From: Octopus vulgaris
Taxonomy: Eukaryota
DNA length: 64,000 nt
Direction: 5' to 3'
Assembly (NCBI GenBank): GCA_951406725.2
Contig: OX597814.1
Span: forward strand, 119,660,001-119,724,000
This document shows, piece after piece, positions 25,671 through 39,912 of this stretch; position 1 is the first letter of the stretch; each line of letters opens with the position of its first letter. Below the pieces are notes generated by a model that made no database searches, was not told where the DNA came from, and was given only the letters and a program-made list of their open reading frames with translations. A program made the translations under genes and the position numbers.

Positions 25671-26994
25671 TGATTTTTGTAAAGAGATAGTTTCCTTTGT
25701 GTTTAATCGCAAAACACAGAAACGAGAATCGACTCTAGCTGAATTGTACATGTCTCAACATTACATCACAACGAAAGTTGTTTTAAAATACTTACCAGTA
25801 TTGCTATATAGCTGCATGAAAGGCGGCCTGTTTTAAAGAGGCGCTGCCGAATTCGCCACGCCAGTAGCTAACTGTACTAAATCTGCAATGAAGAACTCAA
25901 AATGTATAACCGGTGACGAGTCAAAAATTTGAGATCTCAAGAAGCTGATAAGAATCCCCGAATAAAACCTTTCTTGCAAAAATTGGAAAGAGTTAAAAAA
26001 AAGTATTGAACGTAGATATGTTTTGGGAGAAATTACAGTGTTTAGTTTGGCTACGAGTTACAATTATTATTGCATTTTCATCGGAAGACGAAAATGTTAC
26101 GTGTTAAATCAATTTTGAAGAATGCTTGCTAAAAGCTTTACGGAAAACTTAGTGATGATTTTAGCATGTAGGAAATGGTTGGAAGGGTTCAAATATCAAC
26201 TTCTTTTTTGATTACCAACTGTTTATTTAAAAGAAAAAAAAATATATGACAAATTTTCTTTCACTAAATTTCTCATGTCAAGAGTGATGTTGATGAAGGA
26301 AATCAACGCCCATTTTGAAGCCAACAGGTTACCGTAAAGAATTTATCATTATAACATGATGTAGTGAGGTGTAATCTTCCTCTGAATATGAAGCAAGGAC
26401 TATGAAAATATATATGCCTTTGATAAAAGGTTGGGTCACCAATGCTGGGTCACCGTTAATGCAGTTCTCTGACGGTTTCACTGCAGTCAGGTTCACACAC
26501 GGAAACTTTTTATACCAAACACTTGGAATATAAAAGCATCCTACTGCGATGATAGTAAGGACACTTACAGGCTTATTCTGCTGTCAGTGGAAAGTTACAT
26601 AGGTACACGCAGGAGAGTCTGGATACAAAGCGCTTCCTTTCCCATTGCTTCCGTAGCACAAAGTACAACATGAGCAGTACTTTACAATGGTGAACACAAA
26701 AGGGTTAGATATGATGGTCGAAATAAAGCTTGCCTATTTCTGGAAGTGGCAAGCATAATTAAGATTACGCTTCTTTATTCTTGCCAAATCCTTCCCTTAT
26801 ATGCCAAAAAATTTACAATTTTCCAAGTGGTGGTCATACTCACAAATGTGATAGTTTCTACAACACATTGGCTTGATATATGTGTGTGCGTGCACGCATA
26901 AGTTCTCAGACAAATATATATAGATATCCGCAGTAGTATACACACGCATATATATTTATGTACAGACACATAAATCTATAAATGCAAGTGTATG

Positions 26995-27064
<70 letters not shown>

Positions 27065-28012
27065 CATACATATAATTACATTCATCACATCAGATGTCAT
27101 AAATAATAATTTTTATTGCCTATATGCAGTCCTTAGATTATGATATCTACATAGGCTAAAGCATATGTATGCATCAACATATACATGTGTGTACATGTGT
27201 ATGCGTGTGTTTGAATGGATGTCTTGTGTTGCCTATTCGTATTCACATTTAATTATTTATACACAAACACATATGTGCGCCTTAGCGTTCGTGTGTTTAT
27301 ATACACAAATATATATGTGTGCATGTGTCGATGATGGAAAGTTGCTTTCTAGTTGTGCGTCATTCGGTGACTATGTGAACAATAAATCAAGATTGTTCTC
27401 TCAGGGTTTTCTACTGTATTCAAGATGAAATAACTGAAACTTCAAATATTTATCAAAACCGCAATAATAAATGTATAGTGTTCTACGTTGGCTTGTTTTC
27501 TAGATAAAAGAAGAAACATGAAAAAGAGTCGTTATTTCGTTATCAGCTTCAATTATTTTCCAGTGTTTCGTGAAGTCATATCACCAAGACAAATATTCAA
27601 TATGCTTCTGTTCCCAGACACCGTAGTGGTATATAGTTGTGATTGTTATTGCCAGACACGTCTGTGAAGTTGAAACTAATACAAGTCAATGGTGGCAATA
27701 CACGCACACAGCCATCGCTAATATATATCACTCACAATATTATTATTATTATTATTATATTTGTTAATTTTTTATTATTGTCATAAGTAAGCTTTATTAT
27801 TATTGCTATTGCTCTTATCGTATTACCATCATCATTACTATGTGTGGTGTTACGAATGTATTATTCACTAGATCACAAATAAAACTATAATTATATTTCT
27901 TGTTGTAAAATCGAACAAAGTGAAGAAATCATGTGGTCTTCCGTAGTGAAGTAGACTAAAGTAATTACCAATGATTCTACCACGGCGATTTGAAAATGAA
28001 CACACGTCTTCA

Positions 28013-28018
28013 ATAATG

Positions 28019-28116
<98 letters not shown>

Positions 28117-28150
28117 TATTATAATAATAATAATAATTATAATAATAATA
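28013..28150. repeat. (AAT)n microsatellite
   Basis: Direct reading. Confidence 0.97.
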
Positions 28151-28320
28151 AAAGTGATCCAGAAGATAGCATTGTTGGGTACAGCTCGCATTCTAAGGAG
28201 AGTATTCTCTCTTAGAGTCACAGGAGAAGGCACTACTTGAAACTTTGCGTGATTTGTTATTGCCTGCTTTCAAGTAAAGAACAACCGGTAATTAAGATCT
28301 ATCCGAGTGTCATTCAGAAC
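28151..28320 (+). mobile_element. 5'-truncated R4/Dong-like non-LTR retrotransposon 3' end inserted in (AAT)n
   Basis: Encodes KVIQKIALLGTARILRRVFS, matching the R4/Dong C-terminal QKxxLLGTAxILR motif. A short 3' UTR follows, and AAT repeats flank both sides. Confidence 0.8.
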
Positions 28321-28334
28321 AATAATAATAATGA

Positions 28335-28700
28335 TTTCTAGTTTTTGTCTCTAGGCCAACAAATCTAGTGGGAGAGAGTAACTCAGTAACATAAACCATA
28401 GAGCATGAATGCTAAGTCATTTTATCGACCCAGAAGGGATAGCGAGCAGGTTTGACCTCAGCAGAAATTTAACTAAGAACGTAAAAATACGGGAAATAAT
28501 AAAGTGAAGCTTTGTTTTCCGGCGCGCTAATGTGCTCTGGTTGCCCACTGCCTATTGTTAATTCGATTTTTGCTGGCACAAGGTTAACAAATTTAGGTTG
28601 CAGGCTATGTTCATTCCATTCACCCATGGCAGTCAGTTTATAGATCCCAAAATGAAAAAAGGTAAAGTTGATCAAAACAGAATGCAAACTCAGAACGTAA
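28335..28700 (-). mobile_element. Two degenerate SINE family D fragments
   Basis: TTTTATCGACCC.GAAGG and GACCTC.GC.GAA...AGAACGTAA match the reverse complement of the 56580 element. Confidence 0.6.
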
Positions 28701-28749
28701 TGATTCCCAAAAATTAATACACAGGATATTAGATATTTGGAAAGTAAAA

Positions 28750-28785
<36 letters not shown>

Positions 28786-31636
28786 GAGAGAGACACAGAG
28801 GAATAAAGAACTAAAACTATGACAGGAGGAATATCTCAAGTCATTTACAATTATTTTATTTGGGTAAGGCGATTCTAGGATATCCCAAGTGATAGGCTAG
28901 CATGTCATGAGAGACAAGGTGAATATGCACGAACGTTCTAGAGAGAGAAATTCACAGATAATAAAGAATAAAATAGAAAAATAAAGATTAAAAGCAGATA
29001 GAAGAATACAGACAAGAGAATGAAGTTCACAGATAATCTTTTTCCAGAGTGTATGGAGGTTTATCCCTCCTTCTGTAAAGGGATACGCCCTAAGATATAA
29101 TCCCAGGTAAATCTAGGCAGTATTTTGGTAGTATTTTGAATGATACGTTCATGTTATATATAATTAACACTTACAAATAAATGCAGAGAAAAGGAAGTGA
29201 GGAACCGTCAGTATGGCAGGTGTATTTCGACACCACCCCTCATACTGATTTTCAATGAATTCGTTGTGCCATAATTTCTGAACAATTCGACCTTAGTGTA
29301 GCCTTGAATTTCTTAGTCTCTTCTGAGCTGAGATCATGTAGCATTTTACCGAACAGTTGCATCAGCTCTATCAAACATTTTGCAACTTGATTCTCTTGGA
29401 ACTCACCGAACCCTCAAACATCAGTAGCCTTGTTGTTTCAGTCAATTGTAAATCAACTCCAGTATGGATGTCTTACTGTAAATTTTAGCTCCTCCAGAAA
29501 TGAGCCTTCGGTCATAATATTTATTTCCTCAATTTTATATTCTATCGAGATCAACTAATTCACTGCTTCTACTTTTCCTACATTCTACATTTGTTTCCTG
29601 TTTGCACAACCTTCACGTTCCTGTTCAGGAGGAGGATACCTATCGTCTATTCCGGCCTCACTGACTGCCGGAATTTGTGACATTGTTTAGGAAACGCGTT
29701 TCTGTGCTGTCATACAGGATATGATTGAACCTTAACTCTTTAGCATATCGTTGTTGTGCCGTGTTGTTTACGTAGCTTTGATCATCACAACTTTCTGATA
29801 ATTCAGAGTCTGTCATCTGGGAACTCGCGTAAATATCGTAAAGGAATTTTTATCAAAGAATTTGATATCTCCAACGATAAAACATTCTTCGACACCATTG
29901 TTTGCTGAGTTCATATTTGACTTTCATCGTTTTAGAGTCAATAAATAAAGTATTTGACCTGTAGTGGGGTTGACTCTTTTATTCATTTCTCTCTCAGTCT
30001 CTTCAGTGGAATTTGCTATTGTCAAACCCGGGGTGAGATAAACATCTTGAGAAATGGCAGAGGCGCTAAGATATATTTTATCCCGATGACACTCCAAGAC
30101 TGCAGTATTTTGTAATGTTCTTTGAAATCATTTCAAATATGATTGATTTAATTCGCCTGTTGATAACGTGTTTATTATATATAAAATAATTTATATATAT
30201 ATGGTTTCATATATAAACAATTGTCCTTATTACCAGAGAAATATAACAACATGTATATAAAAGCTAACAACTCGTTGGTATGATGAGTAATTTTGATCGC
30301 GGACAGGTCACACACTGTTAAATGAGGATTTTATTTTTATCTGAACTATTGGGAGAGATAAATTGTAATAAACATCAAAGCTAAGTATCCAAGAATACAT
30401 ACTATATATAGTAAAGAACTATATTTTTTGTGTGATTTGAGGTTTTAAACGTTAATGATCCGTTTCTTATTGTTTTATCCAATATCTATTATATTTCTAT
30501 TTGATTCTAAAACTTTTCTGTTTCGCTCGCTCGGTGTTGCTCACTTCCGTCACTACTATTATTTGACAAACAATTATCATGTTATGGTGTTATTTGATAC
30601 ACTGAAGAATCAGTAGTTGTCTACTCTCCACTATAATCATACAAACCATGTTATTTGTCATTGATATCAGGAAGAAAAGTAACGCCGGTGAGATTAAATC
30701 GTAGAACATCTAATGAACATTAATGATGCAACCTACGTGACATAGTTCAAAGTCAATATTATAATGATGTAACGTATCATGCTTTGAAGCTGGTTTTCGT
30801 TTATCATAATTCTCTCGAATGCTAGTCCAATACAGCTGCTATGAAAAACGTTAAAATGTTAAACCGAAAGAAAACAAGAACTTGTGTTTGGATGGAAACA
30901 AATAATTATCACTTAAAATCTACTTAAATCTAGAGAGAAAATTTAAAACTACCCGTACATGATATTGTTAAATTTGCCAATATTCAATGAAACGGTAGTA
31001 AAAACCTTCTATAACGCAGTATCCACGTGTTATACTCCCTACAAATGACTAGTGACAGGATTTTAACTTGAAAGTCTACTTTAGATTTATATATATATAT
31101 ATATATATATATTACATCGTTTTTGCTATTGTTCAGTAAATGATCAATTTAATAGCAATTGTATATAACCAGTCATATAACGAATCGTTCCAAGTTAATA
31201 ATTTTCGTGGTGAAATAGTGAATGCTATTTTATTATCCATTTATTTCGTTCTTTCATAAACTCAGTCAGTATAATTTAGCTAGCAATTGAAATATCAAAA
31301 GCTTCGATAAAGTCTTAACAGAATTACTGAAGAAGGAGTCGAAATGTCATAGTACATTTACTCTCGGACTTATTACCTCCGACTTCAAATACTTCGTGTG
31401 TATACATTTACTTTCAGCTTTCTAGAATCCATTCAGATAAAGTACTACTCTACAAAATACTGATCTATTGTCGAATTAATCGACTCACGTAACTTTCGTC
31501 TAAGATTCTTGCAGCTAGAGATCACTGCTGATTACTGCGAATCAAAGGTAATGGTGCTTCATGCGTTGCAAAGTTTAACGATACATACCTGCAACCGATA
31601 TATTGTGAGCAGGGGACCGAAGGCCTAGCGATGCGA

Positions 31637-31686
31637 CCAGCACACCAGTCTGGTTTAGGGCTATTTCTGCCTCTCCTCAGTACTGG
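31637..31686 (-). ncRNA. Degenerate hammerhead ribozyme motif
   Basis: Minus strand reads CCAGUA-CUGAGGA-GAGGC-AGAAAUA-GCCC-UAAA-CCAG-A-CUGG-UG-UGCUGG. All three stems are kept, but GAAA is UAAA and position 17 is G. The downstream flank resembles the arms of the 24394 palindrome. Confidence 0.6.
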
Positions 31687-31815
31687 ACATCTTGTTTGCA
31701 AGAGATTGCAGTTGCTCGCTTCTGATCGCAATTTATATAAATTCCAGCGACACAAAGTCGCTGATTTTGCAACAAGTAAAAAACCTAGTTCTAAATTCTC
31801 TCTAGGAGATGAAGG

Positions 31816-31850
<35 letters not shown>

Positions 31851-31946
31851 ATAGATATATGTTGTTGGGCAGCCGTCGACTTATTCTATCCCATTGAATA
31901 TTACACGCTATCATTTATAGTTTTAATTGCTTCTAGTTTCACGGTT

Positions 31947-32002
<56 letters not shown>

Positions 32003-32484
32003 TCACACATTGATGAGAGACACTTAGGACTTAATTAAAGGGATGTAAACACAGACATGAGAAAATATTAAATTTCTTTGATTCATTGCAATTCGTTATC
32101 TTAAAAGATATTAATAAATTTCCTTCTTCAAAAATATCAACACGTGATGATATTTCTAACAAAAATATATTAACTCTAGTGTAAAATAGTAAGATCAATA
32201 GACACCCTTTTTTTTAAGTTAAAAGAATAAAAACATGATATATTTCTTATTATCAGTATTAAGTTATTTGGAAACACTTTGGTGTTTATGCCTTTCATTT
32301 CGCATACAAGACATTATAAAGTAGATGTTAGGATGTTAATATATTAATCTATTATTAGTGATATCATTTCCAACTTCACTGGCTTCCTGGAGTCGATCAA
32401 ACTTTATGTGATTTAAAACTTAATGGTGAAAGAACCATTGTATTCATATATATATACTATGAGTGTGCGTGTGTGTGTTTGTCA

Positions 32485-32745
32485 GATGATAGGTGTCCCA
32501 TCGACACACATACCACACCCCGTCAAACAGTACAATAACTCCGTTGATGAGTCCTTAGATGACACTTAAGACCAGCTGCTGAATGACAGGGTTTAAAACA
32601 CAAGTGACAGATATTATTTAAGTTTCTTCTACATGTTTGCCCTTTGGAATCTGATTCTGAAGGAATGTTTTTGTGAACTAGCATATGTCTTTTTAAGTCC
32701 AGATAATGTCTTACGACTTTTTTGACATATGACATACATACATAC
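32485..32745 (-). mobile_element. Probable RTE-clade LINE 3' end with C2H2-like zinc fingers
   Basis: Encodes ...LKRHMLVH...ICHLCFKPCHSAAGLKCHLRTH, then a stop, then the short tail GTCGATGGGACACCTATCATC and a microsatellite. There are no TGEKP linkers, which argues against a host zinc-finger gene. Confidence 0.55.
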
Positions 32746-33264
32746 ACGGTACTAGTAAGAAGGTATTCCCATTCAGTTAATGGATTTGTTATTATTTTCA
32801 CTCCTCCCGCGAATGGAATGAACTAGTCGTAGAAAGCTATCTATTCCACGCAACACGAAAACCAGTTTGAGGTACTGTGAACTAAATGCTGAATCATTCT
32901 TTTTCAGCTGCCTACCGGCTATACTTCGTCCTGGCACACTTGACCCTGCGCAACGACGTAGTCGTCATCGTTGAAGTAATTGAGCGTTTCACCTGCACTC
33001 GTCCGGTGATCAGTTTCGCTGGAATGCATTGAAGCAATGGGGGAAAAAAGGGTTTTACTAAAAACACGATGATCTTTATTTAGGTATCTAATTCACGGAC
33101 GAATGGCCCTGTTACGAACATCCACATTTCTAGGACATAATGTGTGTGTGTGTGTGCGTGTGTGTGTGTGGGGGTGTTCTGCCTGTAATTTATGTATTTG
33201 TATATGTAAGCACGTGCGTGTGAGAGAAGACTTAATTCCCGAATAATACGAATATTAATTCCAA

Positions 33265-33455
33265 ATTTTGGCACATGGTCAGCAAGCTCAGATGAGTGGG
33301 TATGACCCCAGTGCTTAATAAAATATAATTTTATCGACTCCGAAATGATGAAAGGCAAAAATGACCTTGGCAGAATTTGAATTCAGAACGCAAGGACGGG
33401 CGAAATGCAGCCAAGCATTTTACCCCATGCAACCAATTCTGTCAGCTCACTGTCC
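33265..33455 (-). mobile_element. SINE family D fragment
   Basis: TTTTATCGAC.CCGAAA.GATGAAAGGCAAA...GAATTTGAA.TCAGAACG is the reverse complement of the core of the 56580 element. Confidence 0.75.
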
Positions 33456-36400
33456 CAATAAAAATAGAATATTGAGAAACGAAGCATATTGATGCCTTAT
33501 TATGACAAGAGTACATTAGTTATAACTATTCTTCTATCTCAGAATGCACGACATCCATATTAACACAGTCACTGAAGGGAACATTTACATTAAAATAGAT
33601 AGAATAAAATGTTGAGAAACGTTGCCGAAAAAAACTTCTTGGAAATAATCCATGCATATTTCTTTAACTAAAACACTTCTATTATGTTCCTACGTATTTA
33701 AGTATGGAAAATTATTATAAATCGAAGGCTTTATCACGAATTTCTGGCTTATACAAAAAATATTGTTCATCATAAATATGTAAACATTCCGCATTGAAAA
33801 ACTTAATTTCTTTCATAATAAGTTTTTGTAGTCTTTATCTAGAGGCAATGATTGGAAAAATCTATGAAGCTTATACTGACTATAGTTAACAAGGATTTTG
33901 CAAAGAAAAAAACTGCTGAGCGGAATATTCTTTTCCAAACGAAAATATCTTGATTAAAAATTCCGTCTCATACAATGCGTATAAATCATAATAATCTTCA
34001 TTTTAAAAATCCAGTGCTGTGTCTAGATTTAACCTCTTTCTTTTATATAAATAGATGATGTGTTCATACTTCAACAACTGATTCCGTCGTTTGCGTTAAT
34101 ATCTGATTATGTTTAGGATAAGATCTTTACTACTATGAATGATCACACAATATTTTTCTTGATTGAGATATTTATAAATGATTGATATTTGAAGGTTGCG
34201 AACTCATTAGATAAAAATAAAGATAAATGATATAGTGTTAGAGAGGGAGATGTATATTCAAACTGACTTGATATAAAGGAATATAAATGAGAGCAAACTG
34301 AAAGAACCGTATTATTTTAGGATACGATAAGTGGGACAAAATAGTGTATTCGGATCAAAGCTATAAATTTCTACTGAAGAAAATATAAATAACCAGTGCA
34401 TTGTATGAAAAAAAGGGTAACATTATTGAAAGAATTTCAAATAAATCAAAAATACGTTCTTCTATGAAATTGGAAAAGCGTAATTGAAATTGAGGAGCAA
34501 TTCAAGTTTTATCGAATATTAATCTATTACGAGGGAGAAGAATTTCAAGAGAATGAAATATCTTGAACTCTTAAAGAATTGCAATCTTTTATGTATGATG
34601 AGACGGTAATTTATCATTAACTTCCTTTAAATTAAAGCAAATAAAACAGAATTGAATATTGATGACCTAATAGTTGCCCAAACATAAAAGAACAAAAAAA
34701 TTCAAAAAAATTTTTTTATCAATATTAGATCGAAGAGATATGGGTTATTTTTTAAAAACTTTTACATCTAATGTTCCTAAATGTCGATAATCTTGTCTCG
34801 GGTAGATATTTTCTTTACTTGAATAAGTTTATATGTTTAGAAATATGTAGCTTTACTCCATTATTGTCTCTCGATTTCGCCTGGAAAAACTAATAAATAG
34901 TAACCCATTAACACACACCATACATATAATATACCCATATATGTGCGTTGCTCTTTCCCTCCCCTTCTCTCTCTCTCTTTTTCTGTATAGTGTGTGTATG
35001 CATACATATATACATAAATATATATACATATATATATGTGTGTGTGTGTGTGTGTGTATTACATTCGAATTCACAAATCGAAGTCACTATCAGCTATTTC
35101 CTTCTAAGTATAAATACGGACTCTGAGCAGTGTCAAATAATCATTCAATTTATCTTGACATCAGAACAAACAATAAACGCGATCGCGCGCGTGCGTATGT
35201 GTGTGTGTGCGTGTGCGTGCGTGAGTGTGTGCGTGAGTGTGTGCGTTTGTGTATATGTGTGATACGTACACATAATTAGGTCTCCATTTTCCTTGTTGCG
35301 ATTTACTAGTATACATCTCGGCTATGTGAACAGCTGCTGTAGCAAAACCTAAAAATCAAATTTTCAATTTTTTTTCTTAATTTACCTGTTGCCCAACAGA
35401 AATTTCCAAGTGAAATCTTTGTCAGTTGAACAAAACGCCAAATTAGATAGGTGAACGCTGGCACACCTTCTATCCCGCCTTCCTCCACACTACTGCAATT
35501 TATGGCTTCAGATCACTCTGCTGTTTTTCACTTATTACAGGCGAACGTTAATGAGGCATAACAGAGTGCTTTCCTATTCCACTTGTTTCGTAGGAAAATG
35601 ACCTCCCGCTTTGCGAATTCCAGATTAACGAACGATAATTAGGAAATCACAAATGAAGTAACATACCGAGGACTCCATTTACGTATATGTTTTATACAGA
35701 CACACATACAAATGTGGGCAACTGTTTTGGTGTACGTATGTGTATTTGAGTGTCTATGCATGTGCGCCGTACTTATGTCTATCCGCCTATCTATTCAGAT
35801 ACATAGTACACTGAATAATTAAAATTATCTGAGGGGAAAATGAACACAACTGTTCATTTGACATGTATCATGTTATAAATATATTCTCTGTCTCTTTTGG
35901 TTAAGTACGTTTTGTAAGTTTATTTCCTCTCAGGAATCTCTCAAAGAGGATTTTCCATCACATTCAGAAAGTAATAAGGAAAACAACCAGCAGGAAAAAA
36001 ATGTTACAAGAATGTTATTCTCACATTATGTACGGCCGCATGCATACATTAAAGTACAGAGTATATACTGGAGCTTGCTTGTTGTAGGATAATATAAAAA
36101 CAAACACATTATTTGAAGTTATCTGCATGAGAATATGACATGAAATAATCGTATCTAAACTGTCTGACAGTCAATTTCAAACACACATCGTTCTTCATAA
36201 CCGTTCTCATATATAACTAAAGTATATTGTTCACATGACACCATTTGTAGATTGCACTTGTTTTCTGACTCATTTTATTTGTTGCAGTTGTTATGCCAAA
36301 TGCTTAATGAATCTTGAGAATATACTGTACAATATAGTCATTTCCTTTTAGAGCGCATAGTTACTGAAACTACTCCTCATATCAAGGAACATTTACAACT

Positions 36401-37588
36401 TATATTTTCTAGCTACGAACGAACGACGTTATTCAGTCTCTATCATTATTACCCATCAGTCTCTTTAATACGTGTACACACCACAATTGTATGCTAAGTG
36501 CTATGAATTTTCTACAGCACTTTACTGTATATCAATTGATAACACATTCTAAAACATCAGATACAATTGAGGGAATTACATACTTATTGCAATATATTAA
36601 TACCAATCTTATCTCAGACTAACATCCTAACAAAAATAGAAATATTAACACACATGGGTAGTTGTTTAGTATGAAGAAATTGGCAATACGTACAGCTGCA
36701 TTAAAATTCGAAAACGTACATAATATTCCTCACACGATACGAAATACTAATAGCATCCATTGCAAACCTACAGAAGATGGCTAGATTAAACAGAATAAAC
36801 TTCTGTCACAGGAGACAATGTTTTCGTATTTTAATGGGTAAAAAGAGAAGTAGTAAATTTACATCTTCGTGAGTGCATTAACTTCATAAGTGAAGAATAT
36901 TCATGTAGGAATTGAAATTGTTTATGAATACTGCTGAGTACCATTCACCATACGCACGGAATAATACATTGACAGAAAATTGATTTTTATTTAAGTAGAA
37001 AGAAAAACCGTTCGTCATACATAGCCATCCTCAGCTGTTAGAAGCAGTGAATACACACACACACACACAAAAACTTGTAAAATATAGGTAAATCAAAAGT
37101 CGGTTGAAAATATAAGTTTGTTAGTGAAATTCTATTTTCACTTCAACAGGGAATTAAAAAAGATGTTTTTCGGGCCTTATCTTAAACATACAATAAACGC
37201 TGCACTATACGAAAAATAATTAAAAAAAAGAGATACTTAAGTTCGTTTTCTAACAGTACACACTTTCTTATAAATGAGAATACAAATAAACAAACCGAAC
37301 AAATTATATATTAACGTCAATGCTAGTTTTTTCCTTCCAACTTTATTTTTTCTAACTACATATAACGATTACTATTTGCTCGTTACTTTCAAAATAGAAT
37401 TGTAAATAATAAATAGAACACACTTCAAGGATTATTAGCAATTATATCATAGAAAATTTCCTCAATGAAATGCTGTTTCATTTTTCCACAAACTAACGAT
37501 ACCTCTAGGCTTGATCACATTGGAGTAAACAAAACCGTATGCAAATGTAAATAAGACATCCATTAAAAAATATAATAAATAGAGGAAT

Positions 37589-38000
37589 GGAGGAGTGGCT
37601 GTGTGGTAAGTAGCTTGTTTACCAACCACATAGTTCCGGGTTCAGTCCCACAACGTGGCACCTTAGGCAAGTGTCTTCTACTATAGCCCCGGGCCGTCCA
37701 AAGGCTTGTGAGTGGATTTGGTAGAGGGAAACTGAAAGAAGCCCGTCGTATATATGCATATATATGCATGTATCTGTGTGTATATGTTTGTGTGTATCTG
37801 TTTGTCCTCCCAACATCGCTAGACAGCTGATGCTGGCGTGTTTACATCTCGGTAACATAGCAGTTCGGCAAAAGAGGCCGATAGAATAAGTACTGGGCTT
37901 ACAAAGAATAAGTCACGGGTTCGATTTGCTCGACTAAAGGCGGTACTCCAGCATGGCTGCAGTCAAATGACTGAAACAAGTAAAAGAGTAAAAAGAGTAA
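37589..38000 (+). mobile_element. SINE family A, full length
   Basis: Head GGAGTGGCTGTGTGGTAAG...GGTTCAGTCCC. Tail CAGTCAAATGACTGAAACAAGTAAAAGAGTAAA. Confidence 0.93.
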
Positions 38001-39334
38001 GATATTAATGATAATTCAAATCATTGAATCTGTCCCCTATGCAATTCATGCTCTTTTTAATATTAGCTATCACCAATTTGGAAAATTGGCGGAAACTTCA
38101 GCAAGACGAGCAAAATGCTTTCTGGCTAATTGTGTGTCTAAGTTCCACTTAGGCCGAATTTGCCTCCATCCTTGCAAGTAATTGGGAGATGATTGCACTG
38201 CGTCAGATTTTGAAACTAATATTAATTAACATTGTTGATATGTAGATAATGGTGGATAGCTCACAGGATCGCTAGAGAGTGGGAAGAAAATTAGTTGCGA
38301 CATCTTTTATGCTTGTTTGCGTACATATTTCAAACTCTGCCTTTTCTCCTTTTTGTGCTCTACAAATACAGCACCAGTCACGTAATACGGTCGATAGTAA
38401 TCACTGACCCCCTTGTTTGAATTGGGGGCATTTTTCCTAAACTAGATGTCATTAAATGCGGGACAACTGAAACAAGATGAGAATCGAAATGAAAATTATA
38501 AATTAGTGAGAAGAAAATATTATTTCTAATGAAGATAAATAGATATTGTCACAGTTCATAAATGATAAAAATGAAGAATGATGAGCCAACAAAGGTAAAG
38601 AAAAACAAAAGGATGTGTTATTTCGCACCGAATCTTAATAAACGAAGCTAATTCAGCCGAAGAAAAAAGAATGAAATATGAAGAGAAAACAAATAGTATC
38701 TATATTAAAATATTGAAAACAAAGTAGCAAACAATAATATATGTAAAATCGAAAATATATACGACTTCTGAATATTGCAATAACAAAGAATATTGAAAAA
38801 ACTTACAATGGATTATATGAAAAAGATATTGGTGGAAATGCAAGAAATAGATGTTATTTATCTTATTAAATTTCTCATAGCATAGAAATAGAGAAATACC
38901 CATAGCGTATTGCAATTATCTGTTAACGTTTCCTAGTTTTATTTTAATATTTTTTATATTGCTTGTTTTATACTTTTCCCTCTATAGCGGCACTTCTTTT
39001 CAGAGCTTGTGTTTCATTCAGACATATTTGTATGTAGTATATTACATAAGCGTATTATCAAAAAAAAAAAAATTATCAAACATGCACTTATATATATTCT
39101 GCACTCATTAACTGGCTCTCAAAAGCCAATAGACAAGTGCACGATTCATTATTTCTGAATGGTAATGAGATTTTATAATTATCACCTGTTTTACCTACGC
39201 ATTACGACATTACATTTAATTTCAAAGATATAAGATACTACAATAAAAAATTACTAGTTTACTACCCTTATATTTTGTATGTTTATTATGAAACAAGAAA
39301 AACTGAAATTCTCTGACAAATGCATATATCTACA

Positions 39335-39762
39335 TACGCCGAACTATTGAGAAATCTGCAGTTACTCTATCCAGATTAAAAGTTCATGTTTAAACCTGTA
39401 ATATTGGGGCCCTGGGATATGTAACACACTGCCTAAAGACCAACCTTGAGAAATTAGTCTTATCAGAACCAGAAAGTAGAGAGAAAATTTCGAAGACTTC
39501 AGATCCAAATCATCAATAGAACTGTAAAAATCTGTAAAACTTTCCAGAATTTTATAATTTAAATATATATAAGCATGTCTAGATATTCACCTATATGCAT
39601 GGGAATACATATATAAAGCAAAATATAAATGTGCACATAAACATAGAAACAAACAAAAATACACTGTTGAAATACATGTTGAAATTCCAATAAAGAAGCC
39701 TTGGATCTAGATTAGAAACCGGCTCTTTCTGTATTGGCAAGACATCTTAAAATAAAACTGAA
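39335..39762 (+). mobile_element. 3' fragment of a restriction-like-endonuclease (R4/NeSL-type) non-LTR retrotransposon
   Basis: Hand translation with one stop and frameshifts gives YAELLRNLQLLYPD*KFMFKPV/IGALGYVTHCLKTNLEKL...RRLQIQIINRTVKICKTF, matching the RLE-domain C-terminal Y..L...IGALG...LQ pattern. A 3' UTR with AATAAA follows. Confidence 0.65.
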
Positions 39763-39805
39763 CAGTGATATACATACATACATACATACATACACACACA
39801 CACAG

Positions 39806-39912
<107 letters not shown>

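Noticed and set aside
25800-30150. Stretches at 25.8-26.8 kb and 29.1-30.1 kb that look like very old retroelement bodies
   Set aside because: I could not recover diagnostic motifs by hand; they need a RepeatMasker or tBLASTn search.
31322-31352. CTGAAGAAGGAGTCGAAATGTC
   Set aside because: Only a 1-bp stem II and no stem III or stem I; likely chance.
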